A stretch of 64,000 nucleotides of DNA from an uncultured Pseudobdellovibrionaceae bacterium (GTDB lineage: Bacteria; Bdellovibrionota; FAC87; UBA2466): NCBI GenBank assembly GCA_964396165.1, contig CAYNEF010000018.1:436-64435 (forward strand), written 5' to 3'. A program made the translations under genes and the position numbers. Positions 47,601-57,265 of the stretch are shown piece by piece. A model generated the notes under the pieces. The model was not told the origin of the DNA. It did not search any database and saw nothing but the letters and a program-made list of their open reading frames with translations. Within the stretch, counting starts at the first letter, position 1; each line of letters opens with the position of its first letter.

Positions 47601-48701
47601 TTAAAACGGATTAAATCCGATGATAAGCTGAACAAGATACCATCTCTGTTCGCGTTCTTTTGCGCCATTTCCTACTTCCACGCCATAGGTGGAAAAGTGG
47701 ATTCGTGTGTGGGGGGGAGTTTCTAAACTAATACCTGCAGTATAATAGCCTTGGCTGACGCCACCGCGTATACCTATCCAGTTCCATCTAAATTCTGAAC
47801 CGAAATGGATATGACGGAAGACTGCGCTATTATCCATAAAGTCGCGGTAATCGATTTCGTTATTCCAGGTGAAAGTTTTAGATTTCTTCCAGTTCATTGC
47901 AGTACCGAAATTAATTGTCTGGCGGATACTAGGCGGTGCATTTAACTTGCCTGCTAATTTTGTAAAAGTTGTATTACCGATATCTTCTACAGTCGCTGCA
48001 AGCTTCCATGTTGGGGCATCTTTACCTGCTAGGGGAACTTTTATCAACGCACCTGCATTCACACCTACAGCGGCGCCAGCACCTGCCATATTTTTTAAAT
48101 AGTCGTAAATATTACTAGTGATTTCTTGCTGGCTTGTCGCGCTCGATGCAAAGTCGCCTACTGTTACATTGGTATCCATCCCGGTACGTTGAAACGCGCG
48201 TGCCGACACACCGAGAGAAAAATAATTACTGAATGGGATTGCAATCCCCGCAATCAAACCCAAATCATTATAACCAACAGCTTGTATTTCTTTTGTAAGA
48301 TCGAGCGAATTCAAATTTCCTAAATCGAAGAAACCCTGCAAATTTTCATAAAGCGAAAAAGAAAAGTACGGCATTGCCACTTGCGGAGCAATACTAAAAC
48401 GTAAAAACTCACTATCTGGTCTAATTAAATTTTGAAAATCGCTTTTGAAAATTGCATTTTTTAATCTGTTAAACGAATCCATGCTGTCAGCGCCCATCGT
48501 GAAATCAAATAAATTCACGTGGAGTCGTTTAATATCTGCCAGCCCTGCCGGATTATACCAAAGGCAATTTAGATCATCTGCAAGTGCAATTCCCGTATTT
48601 CCCATTCCGGTTTGTCTGACACCATCAAAGCCGAAGCGTTGCATGCGAGCATGAGCACTTGTAACAAAAAGAAAAATCAAAATGTAGAATACATTTTTCA
48701 T
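47601..48701 (-). CDS. Outer-membrane protein, FadL/TodX (OMPP1) family-like hydrophobic-compound channel
   Basis: There is a signal peptide. GMGNTGIALADDLNCLWYNPAGLA parallels the FadL N-terminal hatch motif (GxGxxGxAxADD....NPA). The C-terminus ends in F. Confidence 0.5.
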   Translation of the reverse strand: MKNVFYILIFLFVTSAHARMQRFGFDGVRQTGMGNTGIALADDLNCLWYNPAGLADIKRLHVNLFDFTMGADSMDSFNRLKNAIFKSDFQNLIRPDSEFLRFSIAPQVAMPYFSFSLYENLQGFFDLGNLNSLDLTKEIQAVGYNDLGLIAGIAIPFSNYFSLGVSARAFQRTGMDTNVTVGDFASSATSQQEITSNIYDYLKNMAGAGAAVGVNAGALIKVPLAGKDAPTWKLAATVEDIGNTTFTKLAGKLNAPPSIRQTINFGTAMNWKKSKTFTWNNEIDYRDFMDNSAVFRHIHFGSEFRWNWIGIRGGVSQGYYTAGISLETPPHTRIHFSTYGVEVGNGAKEREQRWYLVQLIIGFNPF

Positions 48702-49786
48702 TAGTAACCTATTGTGTACCTGAAGAATAAACGCTGATCATTTTTTGGCTCGTCCGTTTCAGAAATTTCCTGGCCATAGGTTCCGATCTCAAGCGTCCCG
48801 CCTTTGACCCGGTACCCTACTCCTCCGCCCGGGTGCATCTGGTTCAAGCCAAGCCAAACGTAAAATGTTTTTTCGTCTTCAAATTGAAATCCTACATGCA
48901 GGTGTTTCTTCCAGGACCAGTTTTGTACTTCCCAATGTTTCCATTCCACAGACCAGGTTTGTTTTAATTTATTGGACAAATAAGGGTGTATGGAAAAACC
49001 TGTATTAAAACTTTGCGCAATGGGATCGGGCTGGCCGATGGCCTGCTTGTTTAAAATATGTGTTTCACTTAAGAATCGGGTATCAAACATGTCTTTCCAC
49101 GCAAATGCCAATGTAGGTAAGTATTTGATAGGCAGAGTTATCGCAGTTCCAAAATCTACTCCCACTGCAAAGCCTTCCTTATGAAGTGCTGCAAGCCCAT
49201 CGTCGTCTAAGCCGTTCAAAGAAGCGTGTGCGTACTGGCCTTTTAACTGGTTTCTGACAAGTCCTTTGGCAGCTACACCAACGCGGATCACATTGCCTGC
49301 TAAGTACCGTCCATAACCCATTACCATTCCCAAATCTTGTCTCGTATCGATGTCTACGGTCGTGCCGTCAGAAACTGCGGCATATTGGTAAGAACCTAAA
49401 AAGGACACGCCGAAACCTCGGATAGTAAACGAAGGCACAGAGGCGTAATTAAACGACGTATAACTGCCGGGGTTCTGCTGTAAGGGGCCAAAAAGCCTGT
49501 ACTCGCCTAGAGTTTGCGCTTGGGATGCTCTGCCAATACCAGTCAGTCCGCCCCCTCCTTGCACATCAATTGGAGTGAGTTCGACATTTTTCTTTCGAAA
49601 AAGCGCCAGCCCAGAAGGGTTATGGTAAAGTGCTGCGAAGCCAAACGCATCTGCTGTGACTGCGTTTCCCATGCCCATGCTTTGAGTGGAATTGTAAATC
49701 TCAAAGCGTTCGCTTAAGGAAAATGCATTCTGAATAAAAGGCGAAATAAAAAAACTAAGCAGATATAATTTTAAAAGTCTTTTCAT
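48701..49786 (-). CDS. Outer-membrane protein, FadL/TodX family-like (paralog of the adjacent gene)
   Basis: GMGNAVTADAFGFAALYHNPSGLA is the same motif as in the downstream paralog. The start is taken at MKRLLKLYLL (signal peptide). The stop overlaps the next gene by 1 bp. Confidence 0.5.
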   Translation of the reverse strand: MKRLLKLYLLSFFISPFIQNAFSLSERFEIYNSTQSMGMGNAVTADAFGFAALYHNPSGLALFRKKNVELTPIDVQGGGGLTGIGRASQAQTLGEYRLFGPLQQNPGSYTSFNYASVPSFTIRGFGVSFLGSYQYAAVSDGTTVDIDTRQDLGMVMGYGRYLAGNVIRVGVAAKGLVRNQLKGQYAHASLNGLDDDGLAALHKEGFAVGVDFGTAITLPIKYLPTLAFAWKDMFDTRFLSETHILNKQAIGQPDPIAQSFNTGFSIHPYLSNKLKQTWSVEWKHWEVQNWSWKKHLHVGFQFEDEKTFYVWLGLNQMHPGGGVGYRVKGGTLEIGTYGQEISETDEPKNDQRLFFRYTIGY

Positions 49787-49840
49787 CGAAAGGTCTCTAA
49801 CTGACTTTTCGGCAGACTGTGAAGGCAAGTTGAAGGATTT

Positions 49841-50944
49841 GTGATAGAAAAAACACAACTCACCAGTACGACTGAGCGCATCTTTAAGCCAGGCATCCGT
49901 CTGACTGACTTGCCGCGCCCAAAATGGTGGGGCAAAACCATCAAGTTTTTCAAAACGATAGAAGTAGTCATCTTTAAATTACTCGAAAGTTTTGATTTAT
50001 ACCGTCCGTCAAAATCTATTGTCGCGATTCCGACTCTTGCGCTGCGTAACTCAACAAGTTTGCAAGCAGTGGTTTATAACGGCACACAAGAAGAGGTCTT
50101 GGGTTTTAAACCCAGAAGACTCCTGCACCGAATTGTCCCGGGAATTCCAGATTTGGAATCTTATGAACGCATTCGTTTTCAAATCGCTATCGCTGAAAAC
50201 CAGATGCGCAGCGTGGAAGCAAGTACGGAAAATAGAGGCTTTATTCATTTGCAAGTTCCCTGGGAATATCCTGTAAAAACCCCCAAGACTTCCTGGCTGA
50301 GAATTCAGCCTGTGGGAGTCGAAACTCTTTTCGGCTGTGTAAAACTGGGTGATTACGAAGTCTTAAGTGCGCCAGTATTTTTTTTAAATGACAATATCAA
50401 GTGGATCATCATCTCGGATATCGACGATACTATTAAAGATTCGAAGATCGGCGAAACAACCGGGTTTAAAGCAATCATGCGTGGGCTTTTCAAGGGCCAC
50501 TATTACAAATACGAAGCGATTGATGGGATGGCAGAACTGTACCAAAAACTCAGTGCTAAAAATTGCATGATTGTCTATGTGACAAGTACCCCTTACCAAC
50601 TTGCTCCCTTTTTGCTGAAGTTTTTACGGGAGCGCGGTTTTCCTGAGGGGCCCGTATTTTTGCGATGGCTCGGGTATGGAAGGTTCGGACACAAGTGGAG
50701 AACTCTAAATAGAATTTTCAGCCAACTCGACGGACAAAAAGTAATTTTAATCGGGGACAGTGGAGAACAGGATTTACAAATTTACCGTCGTGTATCCGAG
50801 TCTGCTCCCTCTAGACAAAGTGTGACAAAGATTCTTATCCGACATATCCCGGGCACTCCCCTTCCCCAATCCCCCAATAAGAATGAAACTTTTTACAAAG
50901 ACATCCCCTCGCTCGAACAAGAGATCTCAAGCATAATAGACTAG
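49841..50944 (+). CDS. App1 family protein (DUF2183; phosphatidate phosphatase APP1-like HAD/LNS2-type phosphatase)
   Basis: The DxDxT catalytic motif IISDIDDTIKDS and the downstream GDSGEQD motif are present. A GTG start is assumed. Confidence 0.6.
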   Translation: MIEKTQLTSTTERIFKPGIRLTDLPRPKWWGKTIKFFKTIEVVIFKLLESFDLYRPSKSIVAIPTLALRNSTSLQAVVYNGTQEEVLGFKPRRLLHRIVPGIPDLESYERIRFQIAIAENQMRSVEASTENRGFIHLQVPWEYPVKTPKTSWLRIQPVGVETLFGCVKLGDYEVLSAPVFFLNDNIKWIIISDIDDTIKDSKIGETTGFKAIMRGLFKGHYYKYEAIDGMAELYQKLSAKNCMIVYVTSTPYQLAPFLLKFLRERGFPEGPVFLRWLGYGRFGHKWRTLNRIFSQLDGQKVILIGDSGEQDLQIYRRVSESAPSRQSVTKILIRHIPGTPLPQSPNKNETFYKDIPSLEQEISSIID

Positions 50945-50970
50945 CTGTGATAGAATAATATCTATCTGAT

Positions 50971-51756
50971 ATGAAAACACTATTTCTCTTATTCGTAATC
51001 ACATCTACAAGTTACGCACTCTTTGAAACACGATATGTTTCGTTTCAAGAACCTGAGGGTTGGAAGTGCGAAAACATAGAAAAGACTTATTACTGCCAAT
51101 CCACAAAAGATCCCGAGAGAAAAGAAGCTCTTGTTATGACTCTAGGAGTGCAGGCTACCGAGTGGGACTCACTGGATAGTTATGAAAAATTTCTGAAGAC
51201 TCCTAAGACGATTACAGAAGAAGATGGAAAAACGCCAATTACTTCCAAAGTTATTTATGCAAGAAAACGTAATATCAACGGTACTGTCTGGCTTGATTCA
51301 TTGCACTTTCAATCGGAATTGCCGGGCTTTTGGGCGCGTTATCTTGCCACTGTGAATAGTCCTGTCGCCATACTTGTGACTTATATTGTTTCCGATGAGT
51401 ATTACAATCAGATTTCTCCGCAATTTGAACGCATGGTAACCAGTCTCAAAGTAAATACGGGCTTTAACGCCATGAACGTACCGCCGACAAAACAAGGCGA
51501 ACAAATTCCCGGCGCCGATAAAATGGGGCCAAAGACTCCCAAAGATCTTCTCTCAATGAAAAAAGCAAAAACAGAACCTGACACTAAAGTAAGTGGGGAA
51601 GAAGTTCCCTCTGAGGGGTTGTCTACCGGGATGTATTTGCTGATGGCGGGAGTGGCTTTCATTCTTATATTTGGTATGAGAGCAAAAAGAAGAGTAAAAA
51701 CTCCCAGAACAACAATTACAGCGCCTATTTTAAGAAATAAAAATAAAGGGGAATAG
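50971..51756 (+). CDS. Hypothetical secreted protein with a C-terminal transmembrane anchor
   Basis: There is a signal peptide (MKTLFLLFVITSTSYA), a C-terminal hydrophobic helix (MYLLMAGVAFILIFG) and a basic tail. Confidence 0.4.
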   Translation: MKTLFLLFVITSTSYALFETRYVSFQEPEGWKCENIEKTYYCQSTKDPERKEALVMTLGVQATEWDSLDSYEKFLKTPKTITEEDGKTPITSKVIYARKRNINGTVWLDSLHFQSELPGFWARYLATVNSPVAILVTYIVSDEYYNQISPQFERMVTSLKVNTGFNAMNVPPTKQGEQIPGADKMGPKTPKDLLSMKKAKTEPDTKVSGEEVPSEGLSTGMYLLMAGVAFILIFGMRAKRRVKTPRTTITAPILRNKNKGE

Positions 51757-51758
51757 AA

Positions 51759-52082
51759 ATGAAAGCAATTTGGTCATACGGAAATGTTTTTTTGATGGGC
51801 GTTGCCACTACTCTTCTCTGGGTTAAATGGTCTGGCAGATGGAGTGAACCCGTACACGCATTCACAGCTCAAAATACTTCTGTAACTGCTAGTACAACTC
51901 ATCCTGATACAAAAACAGACGGCACAGTGTCCGTAACCGATATGGTCGAAATACTAAAGTCTGAGGAAGCAGTCGCAAAATTGAAAGCTGGCTTCACGCC
52001 TCGATTTAAAGCAGGCAAAATAATCGGATGGGATAAATCCCCTTTGAATGAAACTGTCACAAATGCAAGCATAGTTCACTAG
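51759..52082 (+). CDS. Hypothetical small membrane-anchored protein
   Basis: This 107 aa ORF has an N-terminal transmembrane segment and lies 3 bp after the previous gene. Confidence 0.35.
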   Translation: MKAIWSYGNVFLMGVATTLLWVKWSGRWSEPVHAFTAQNTSVTASTTHPDTKTDGTVSVTDMVEILKSEEAVAKLKAGFTPRFKAGKIIGWDKSPLNETVTNASIVH

Positions 52083-52196
52083 TTACTCCTTAATGACACG
52101 TCATATCCAATAAGAAGAGAAATTTTACTCAGTTCTATAGTAAAATAAGAAAGTACCCACTCGCTTTTTTATTAATTCCTAACACTTTCAATTCAA

Positions 52197-52874
52197 ATGA
52201 ATCCAGAAAAAATCAATTTTTTTGAAAACAGTCTTTTATTTGTTGTGCAAGCAGACAGTGGCCAGACGGTTTCGTTTCGACTGGACACCCAAAAGCTATT
52301 GCGACTTCTTGTCTCTTTTGTTTTGTTATTTATCGTTTTTATTTCTGGAACTCTTCTTTTTTTCAAAGAGCGTAAAACCAACGAGTTACTTTCGCAACAA
52401 TTGCTTGTTAAACAGGTAAGCTCCACCCCTGTCGAGACTGCTCACGAGCAAAGTAAAGTTACCGGAAACTTAAAAGCAAGATTGCAGGAATTTAATAGCA
52501 CTTGTCGTGGAGAAACTTGCGTTGCTAACTTAGTTCTCACAGCGCAAGAAAAGACACATGCAGAAGGCAGTTTACTCGTTTTACTTGAAACACTTTCTCC
52601 GCAAATCGGAACGGGGAATCCCGCTGGAATCAGCAGACAGAAATATTACGTTTACCCTGAGCAAAAGGTAAAAGATAACCTGACTCAGGAGGAAATTTTT
52701 GCTCTCAATTCAAAACCCTTTTATATTTCGCGTTCTCTTAACTCAAAAGCGGAATTCACCATCGGCAGGTTTCAAGTACCTGTGGCAATGCATCTATATT
52801 TGTTTGACGTAAAACACGAATTGATAAAACACGAAACTGTACAAGTAAGTGGAGAGGATAAAAATGATCCGTGA
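52197..52874 (+). CDS. Hypothetical single-pass membrane protein
   Basis: This 225 aa ORF has one transmembrane segment (LLVSFVLLFIVFISGTLLFF). It overlaps the bactofilin-like gene. Confidence 0.35.
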   Translation: MNPEKINFFENSLLFVVQADSGQTVSFRLDTQKLLRLLVSFVLLFIVFISGTLLFFKERKTNELLSQQLLVKQVSSTPVETAHEQSKVTGNLKARLQEFNSTCRGETCVANLVLTAQEKTHAEGSLLVLLETLSPQIGTGNPAGISRQKYYVYPEQKVKDNLTQEEIFALNSKPFYISRSLNSKAEFTIGRFQVPVAMHLYLFDVKHELIKHETVQVSGEDKNDP

Positions 52875-53235
52875 GACGCTGACACCCACTATCATTGCTG
52901 AAGCCTCCCATCTCCACGGCGATTTTATATTCAAAACTGCGGGCATCGTCAGAGGCATTGTAGAAGGACACTTACACAATGAAAGCCACGAAACCTTGCG
53001 CATTTCGAGAGAAGCTTGGGTAAGAGGCACTATTACTTCGCTGGGGCCTGTAGTAATAGAGGGTAAAGTGGAAGGCGATATAAACAGCCAACAGAGAATT
53101 GAATTGTCGCCCCACGCCAATGTGAACGGACTACTCAACGCGCCAAATCTCATTATTCATCCAGGTGCCTCTGTTGATGGTGATTTTAAGATGACTCAAA
53201 GTAGCATTCTCCCCCAACTTAGTCTTGCCGCGTAA
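52864..53235 (+). CDS. Bactofilin family protein (polymer-forming cytoskeletal, CcmA-like)
   Basis: Repetitive beta-helix-like segments (ISREAWVRGTITSLGPVVIEGKVEGDINSQQRIELSPHANVNGLL) match the DUF583 size and pattern. The protein is about 124 aa. Confidence 0.5.
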   Translation: MIRETLTPTIIAEASHLHGDFIFKTAGIVRGIVEGHLHNESHETLRISREAWVRGTITSLGPVVIEGKVEGDINSQQRIELSPHANVNGLLNAPNLIIHPGASVDGDFKMTQSSILPQLSLAA

Positions 53236-53290
53236 CCCGCTTTAAGTATTCTTCTCAACTCAATTGTGAAAAAGTCCGAAATAACTAAGG

Positions 53291-54928
53291 ATGAAGTCTC
53301 AAGATAATAACCCTCGCCTTGTCGTTATTGAAGGTAAAGACAAAGGAAAGATCTTCCCACTGAAAGACGGGACAATGGTGATCGGCCGATCCAAGGCCGA
53401 TATCGTCATTCAAGATCCCCGTATTTCTCGCTCGCACGTCACTATTGAATTCGATTCAAAAAGCGGAAAAATTTTATTCACAGACTTACGAAGTTTGAAT
53501 GGAACTATCATCAACGAAGAGTTGATGGAAAAAGGGGAACTCAAAGACGGGGACAAATTGCAACTTGGCAATACTATCTTTGATTGCCAAATCGGTGTAG
53601 CAGAAGCAACAATCGCGGCACAGCCCCCGCAAAAGAAAAAGAAAGAAAAAGAGAAAGAAGCTAAAAAAGAAATTCCGGAAAAAAACAAAACGGAAGACAC
53701 TTCTAATGATTTTAAAGGCACTCCCAGTATCCAACGTGTAGAGCCCAAACTCGAATCTTCTTCCATAAGCATTCCCCCAGAAGATTCAGAAAAGAAAAAG
53801 CAAACTAAAGCGTACGCAGCAAAAGATCAAAAGGTATCAAAAAACAAACGAGTAGTTATTCTCGCTGCCGCTCTAGTTGCGATCTGGTTCTTATCAAAAA
53901 TGGGGTCGAACTCTACTTCCTCGGATCCACTTGCTGAAAGACAAAGAATTCAAGCACTGCAAAAAGACGGAAAACTAGCTGAAGCAATGCAGGCAGCAGA
54001 AAAACTGGCAAAGGAAAATCCAGAAGATGCTAATGTGCAGTATCTTTATGCTGACTTGGCTTTCAACCAGAACAAGCTGGAAGATGCGATTAATACTTTA
54101 AGAAAAACACACAACCTAAAAGATTTTCCCCCCCTTGTTCATGTGCGTCTTGCCAAAGCATATAATCGCGGAGGTCTTGCAAATGAAACTTTGGAAGAGT
54201 TAAAGCATGTTGACGAGCAATTAAAAGGGGAACCCGGCAAGGATAAAGAGTTCGTAACACAAACTGCAATCCTATTCAGCGACACAAAAGTAAACCCTGA
54301 AAAAGTTTTGGAACTAGCGCGACTACTGAAAACAAGTTTGGCTTCTGACAGCACCATTGGTTACAAACTCGAAGCAGGCGTTCTTTTAGATTTAAAAAGA
54401 ACAGAAGAAGCAGTGGGAGTTCTGGAAAAAGGACTTCTCATTGATCCCAAAGATGAATTGATTTTAGAAAGACTGAGTTTTGCAAAACTGTCCAACAAAG
54501 ATTTACCTGGTGCACTAAAAACGCTTCAAAGCTGGATCGATACCAGTCCAAAAGCCACGAAGCCCCTACTTGTGATGGCCTATCTTAAATTTAATGAAAA
54601 AGAATATCTCGCAGCCCTGCCTTTTTTGAGAAATGTCATCCAGATACTCGCAAACAACACGCAAGATCCGGATTATTCGGAAGCTTTGCATTTAACTGGA
54701 AAAATTTACCAGGAACAAAACCAAAAAACAGAAGCAGGACAAACATTTCAAAAAGCTTGCGCTCTCGGTTTTCAAGAAAGCTGTGCAGCACTGCAGTCTT
54801 TATCTTCTCAAGCTGAAACCAAAAGCAACGCACCCGCTTCTTTAAAAGAGCCGGAACCGGCTACTCCCTCGGTCCCAAGCACTGAACCTGTAGTTGTACC
54901 TCCTGAAGATCAAGTACCTGCGGAATAA
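53291..54928 (+). CDS. FHA-domain protein with a K/E-rich linker, a transmembrane segment and C-terminal TPR-like repeats
   Basis: The N-terminal FHA domain is MVIGRSKADIVIQDPRISRSHVTIEFDSKSGKILFTDLRSLNGTIINEE. The central low-complexity region is KKKKEKEKEAKKE. A transmembrane helix (VVILAAALVAIWFL) and helical repeats follow. Confidence 0.7.
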   Translation: MKSQDNNPRLVVIEGKDKGKIFPLKDGTMVIGRSKADIVIQDPRISRSHVTIEFDSKSGKILFTDLRSLNGTIINEELMEKGELKDGDKLQLGNTIFDCQIGVAEATIAAQPPQKKKKEKEKEAKKEIPEKNKTEDTSNDFKGTPSIQRVEPKLESSSISIPPEDSEKKKQTKAYAAKDQKVSKNKRVVILAAALVAIWFLSKMGSNSTSSDPLAERQRIQALQKDGKLAEAMQAAEKLAKENPEDANVQYLYADLAFNQNKLEDAINTLRKTHNLKDFPPLVHVRLAKAYNRGGLANETLEELKHVDEQLKGEPGKDKEFVTQTAILFSDTKVNPEKVLELARLLKTSLASDSTIGYKLEAGVLLDLKRTEEAVGVLEKGLLIDPKDELILERLSFAKLSNKDLPGALKTLQSWIDTSPKATKPLLVMAYLKFNEKEYLAALPFLRNVIQILANNTQDPDYSEALHLTGKIYQEQNQKTEAGQTFQKACALGFQESCAALQSLSSQAETKSNAPASLKEPEPATPSVPSTEPVVVPPEDQVPAE

Positions 54929-54938
54929 AGAGGTAAAC

Positions 54939-55634
54939 GTGATTCAACAACTGCACATTACACTTCTCATTACTTCTCTATTTTTATCGAGCTGTGGATC
55001 CACGACTAGCGCAAGTTTCTCTTTACGCGGTTCCTATTCAAAGACTGCCGTCGAATCACAAAGCATTGTGACCTCTGGCAGTCCTAAATCCATGGCTATC
55101 AATGTTCACGCCTATTATCTAGGCACTAAAGCAGACTGCACGGATTTAAAACCAATGCTTGATTATGGGATTGGGTCAGAGGGCTATGATTTATACAGAG
55201 ATCCTCTTTTATTTTCTTCAAATCCTGCACCTGACACCTATAGATGTATTGCATTAAAAATAAAAGACACCATAACGGTGCGCATGAATAGCATTGCCCT
55301 TTCCAGTTGGCCGGATGTCTGTCAGGAAAATGTGGATTACGATAAGGATTTGTATCTGGCTTCGAGCTCTCAAGTCTGGAAAGACGTATCCGGAAACCCA
55401 GTTACGGCAACAGGAACAGAAACTACACCATCAGAAAATCTCATCACCCTCTTTGCTACAACAGACAGTTCGCAGGCCATTTCGGGAAGTTTGGGGCTAG
55501 CATCTTCGCAAGTATTTACACTCTCTAGTCCCATTACCCTTCCCGCAAAAATCACTTTTTATATCGACTATACGGAAGGCGTGAGTGGAACATCTGTTTG
55601 CAAGCTAAGTACAGGAACAATGGGGTTTAGATAA
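54939..55634 (+). CDS. Hypothetical lipoprotein
   Basis: The GTG start at 54939 is preceded by an AAGAGG Shine-Dalgarno sequence. The N-terminus is VIQQLHITLLITSLFLSSCGS, with an LSSC lipobox. Confidence 0.45.
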   Translation: MIQQLHITLLITSLFLSSCGSTTSASFSLRGSYSKTAVESQSIVTSGSPKSMAINVHAYYLGTKADCTDLKPMLDYGIGSEGYDLYRDPLLFSSNPAPDTYRCIALKIKDTITVRMNSIALSSWPDVCQENVDYDKDLYLASSSQVWKDVSGNPVTATGTETTPSENLITLFATTDSSQAISGSLGLASSQVFTLSSPITLPAKITFYIDYTEGVSGTSVCKLSTGTMGFR

Positions 55635-55638
55635 GATC

Positions 55639-57246
55639 TTAGTGAGCGTCCGGTAATTTCCCTTTAAATACTGCTTTTCTCATCTGGGAAAGAGGAATCA
55701 GCACGAGCGTGAAACAAACGACAAGTACGACCATCGCTTTTTGAAAAGAAAGAATAAATGCTTCTTTTTTCACTTTAAAAAATAACATTTTTAAAGCGCC
55801 TTCAGATAAATCCCCCATTCCCACTACACTGGACATCTTGGCATGCAAACCCGCCGTAAATAAATGTGACGCCATTCGAGCGGGAGCATCAAAAACAGTT
55901 AAATGCTCTGACAGAATAGAAAAGTTATATACTTGGTACTGCTGAAAAAGTGTCGATAGCATCGCGATCCCAATACTTCCGCCCAATTGCCTACAAAGAT
56001 TAAGCATCCCTGCAGCCTCACCGATTGCCTTACCAGAAAACTGACTGAGAACAGACGTGTTAATAGGCACAAATAAAAACGACATCGCTATTCCACGTAA
56101 AAGTAACGGCCAAAACATGCTGGAAGTGGATGTCTGGGAGTCAAATCTTGCTATGGATAAAAAAGAAATCGAAAGACTGACGACGCCGATAAAAATTAAT
56201 GTGCGCGGATCCCGCTTCTGCAATTGTTTCCCAATCAATGGCATCATAAAAGCAGCGGCGAGTGCTCCGGGAATGAAAATCATGCCCACTTGAGTTGCGG
56301 TCATTCCCAATATCGAGGTGCTAAATACGGGCACTAAAAACAAGAGCCCATATAACATCGCACCTAGACCTGCCATTAAAAATACTCCACTTCGAAAATT
56401 TACATTTTTAAAGTGGCGTAGTTCCAAAATTGGATGCTCCGTTTTCAATTCCCAATAAATCAATCCTGAAATACAAACGACTGCTAAGAAGGTACAAATG
56501 AGAATGGATGTGGATTGAAACCAATCTTCTGCATGACCGCGCTCAAGTACGTACTGCATGCTGCCAATACCTGTGACTAAAAGTGTAAGGCCGATACTAT
56601 CGACAGGAGAGCGTTTTCTTTTTTCTCTTAACGCTTTGGGTTGTTCTTTAGCTAGAGCTTTTTTTGCAACCGGATCCACCCCGACATCTTCTACAAATAA
56701 AAACGAGAGAACCATGACAATAATACCTAAAGGCAAATTGATGTTGAAAATAGATCGCCAACCAAAATTATCGGTAAGATAGCCTCCCAATGTAGGACCG
56801 ACTGTAGGGCCAATCATCACGCTCATTCCATAAATAGCACTCGCCATACCGGCTTGCTCTTTGGGAAACGCCTCATAAATCAAAGCTTGGGAAGTGGGAA
56901 GAAGCGCACCCCCTGCCAGTCCTTGCAGTACGCGAAAGACTACAAGAAAAGCGAGATTCGGTGCAAACCCGCATGCAACTGAAGAGGCTGTAAAAAGGGC
57001 AATGCAGACTGTGTAGTAAACTTTACGCCCAATTTGATCACTCATCCAACTTGCAATGGGCAAGATGATTGCATTGGCTATGATGTAACCTGTTATGACC
57101 CAACTGATTTCATCGAGCGTCGTACCTAAGTTTCCCATCATGGACGGAACGGCAACATTTACAATCGACGTGTCGATAATCTCAAGTAAAGACGCCATGA
57201 CTGCGGTGAGTACGAGCAGTTTTGAACGGAGAGGAATTTTTTGCAT
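55639..57246 (-). CDS. emrB: MFS transporter, DHA2 (EmrB/QacA) family multidrug efflux pump
   Basis: The protein is 535 aa with about 14 transmembrane segments. The N-terminal motif GxLaDrxGrkxxl is visible in MSDQIGRKVYY. It is the last gene of the tetR-tolC-emrA-emrB string. Confidence 0.85.
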   Translation of the reverse strand: MQKIPLRSKLLVLTAVMASLLEIIDTSIVNVAVPSMMGNLGTTLDEISWVITGYIIANAIILPIASWMSDQIGRKVYYTVCIALFTASSVACGFAPNLAFLVVFRVLQGLAGGALLPTSQALIYEAFPKEQAGMASAIYGMSVMIGPTVGPTLGGYLTDNFGWRSIFNINLPLGIIVMVLSFLFVEDVGVDPVAKKALAKEQPKALREKRKRSPVDSIGLTLLVTGIGSMQYVLERGHAEDWFQSTSILICTFLAVVCISGLIYWELKTEHPILELRHFKNVNFRSGVFLMAGLGAMLYGLLFLVPVFSTSILGMTATQVGMIFIPGALAAAFMMPLIGKQLQKRDPRTLIFIGVVSLSISFLSIARFDSQTSTSSMFWPLLLRGIAMSFLFVPINTSVLSQFSGKAIGEAAGMLNLCRQLGGSIGIAMLSTLFQQYQVYNFSILSEHLTVFDAPARMASHLFTAGLHAKMSSVVGMGDLSEGALKMLFFKVKKEAFILSFQKAMVVLVVCFTLVLIPLSQMRKAVFKGKLPDAH

Positions 57247-57265
57247 ACGCCAGACTCCTCAAGCA

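Noticed and set aside
53410-53772. Minus-strand ORFs (120 aa and 82 aa) rich in F/L/S opposite the poly-K/E linker of the FHA protein.
   Set aside because: They are the complement of a low-complexity AAG/GAA coding tract and therefore artefactual.
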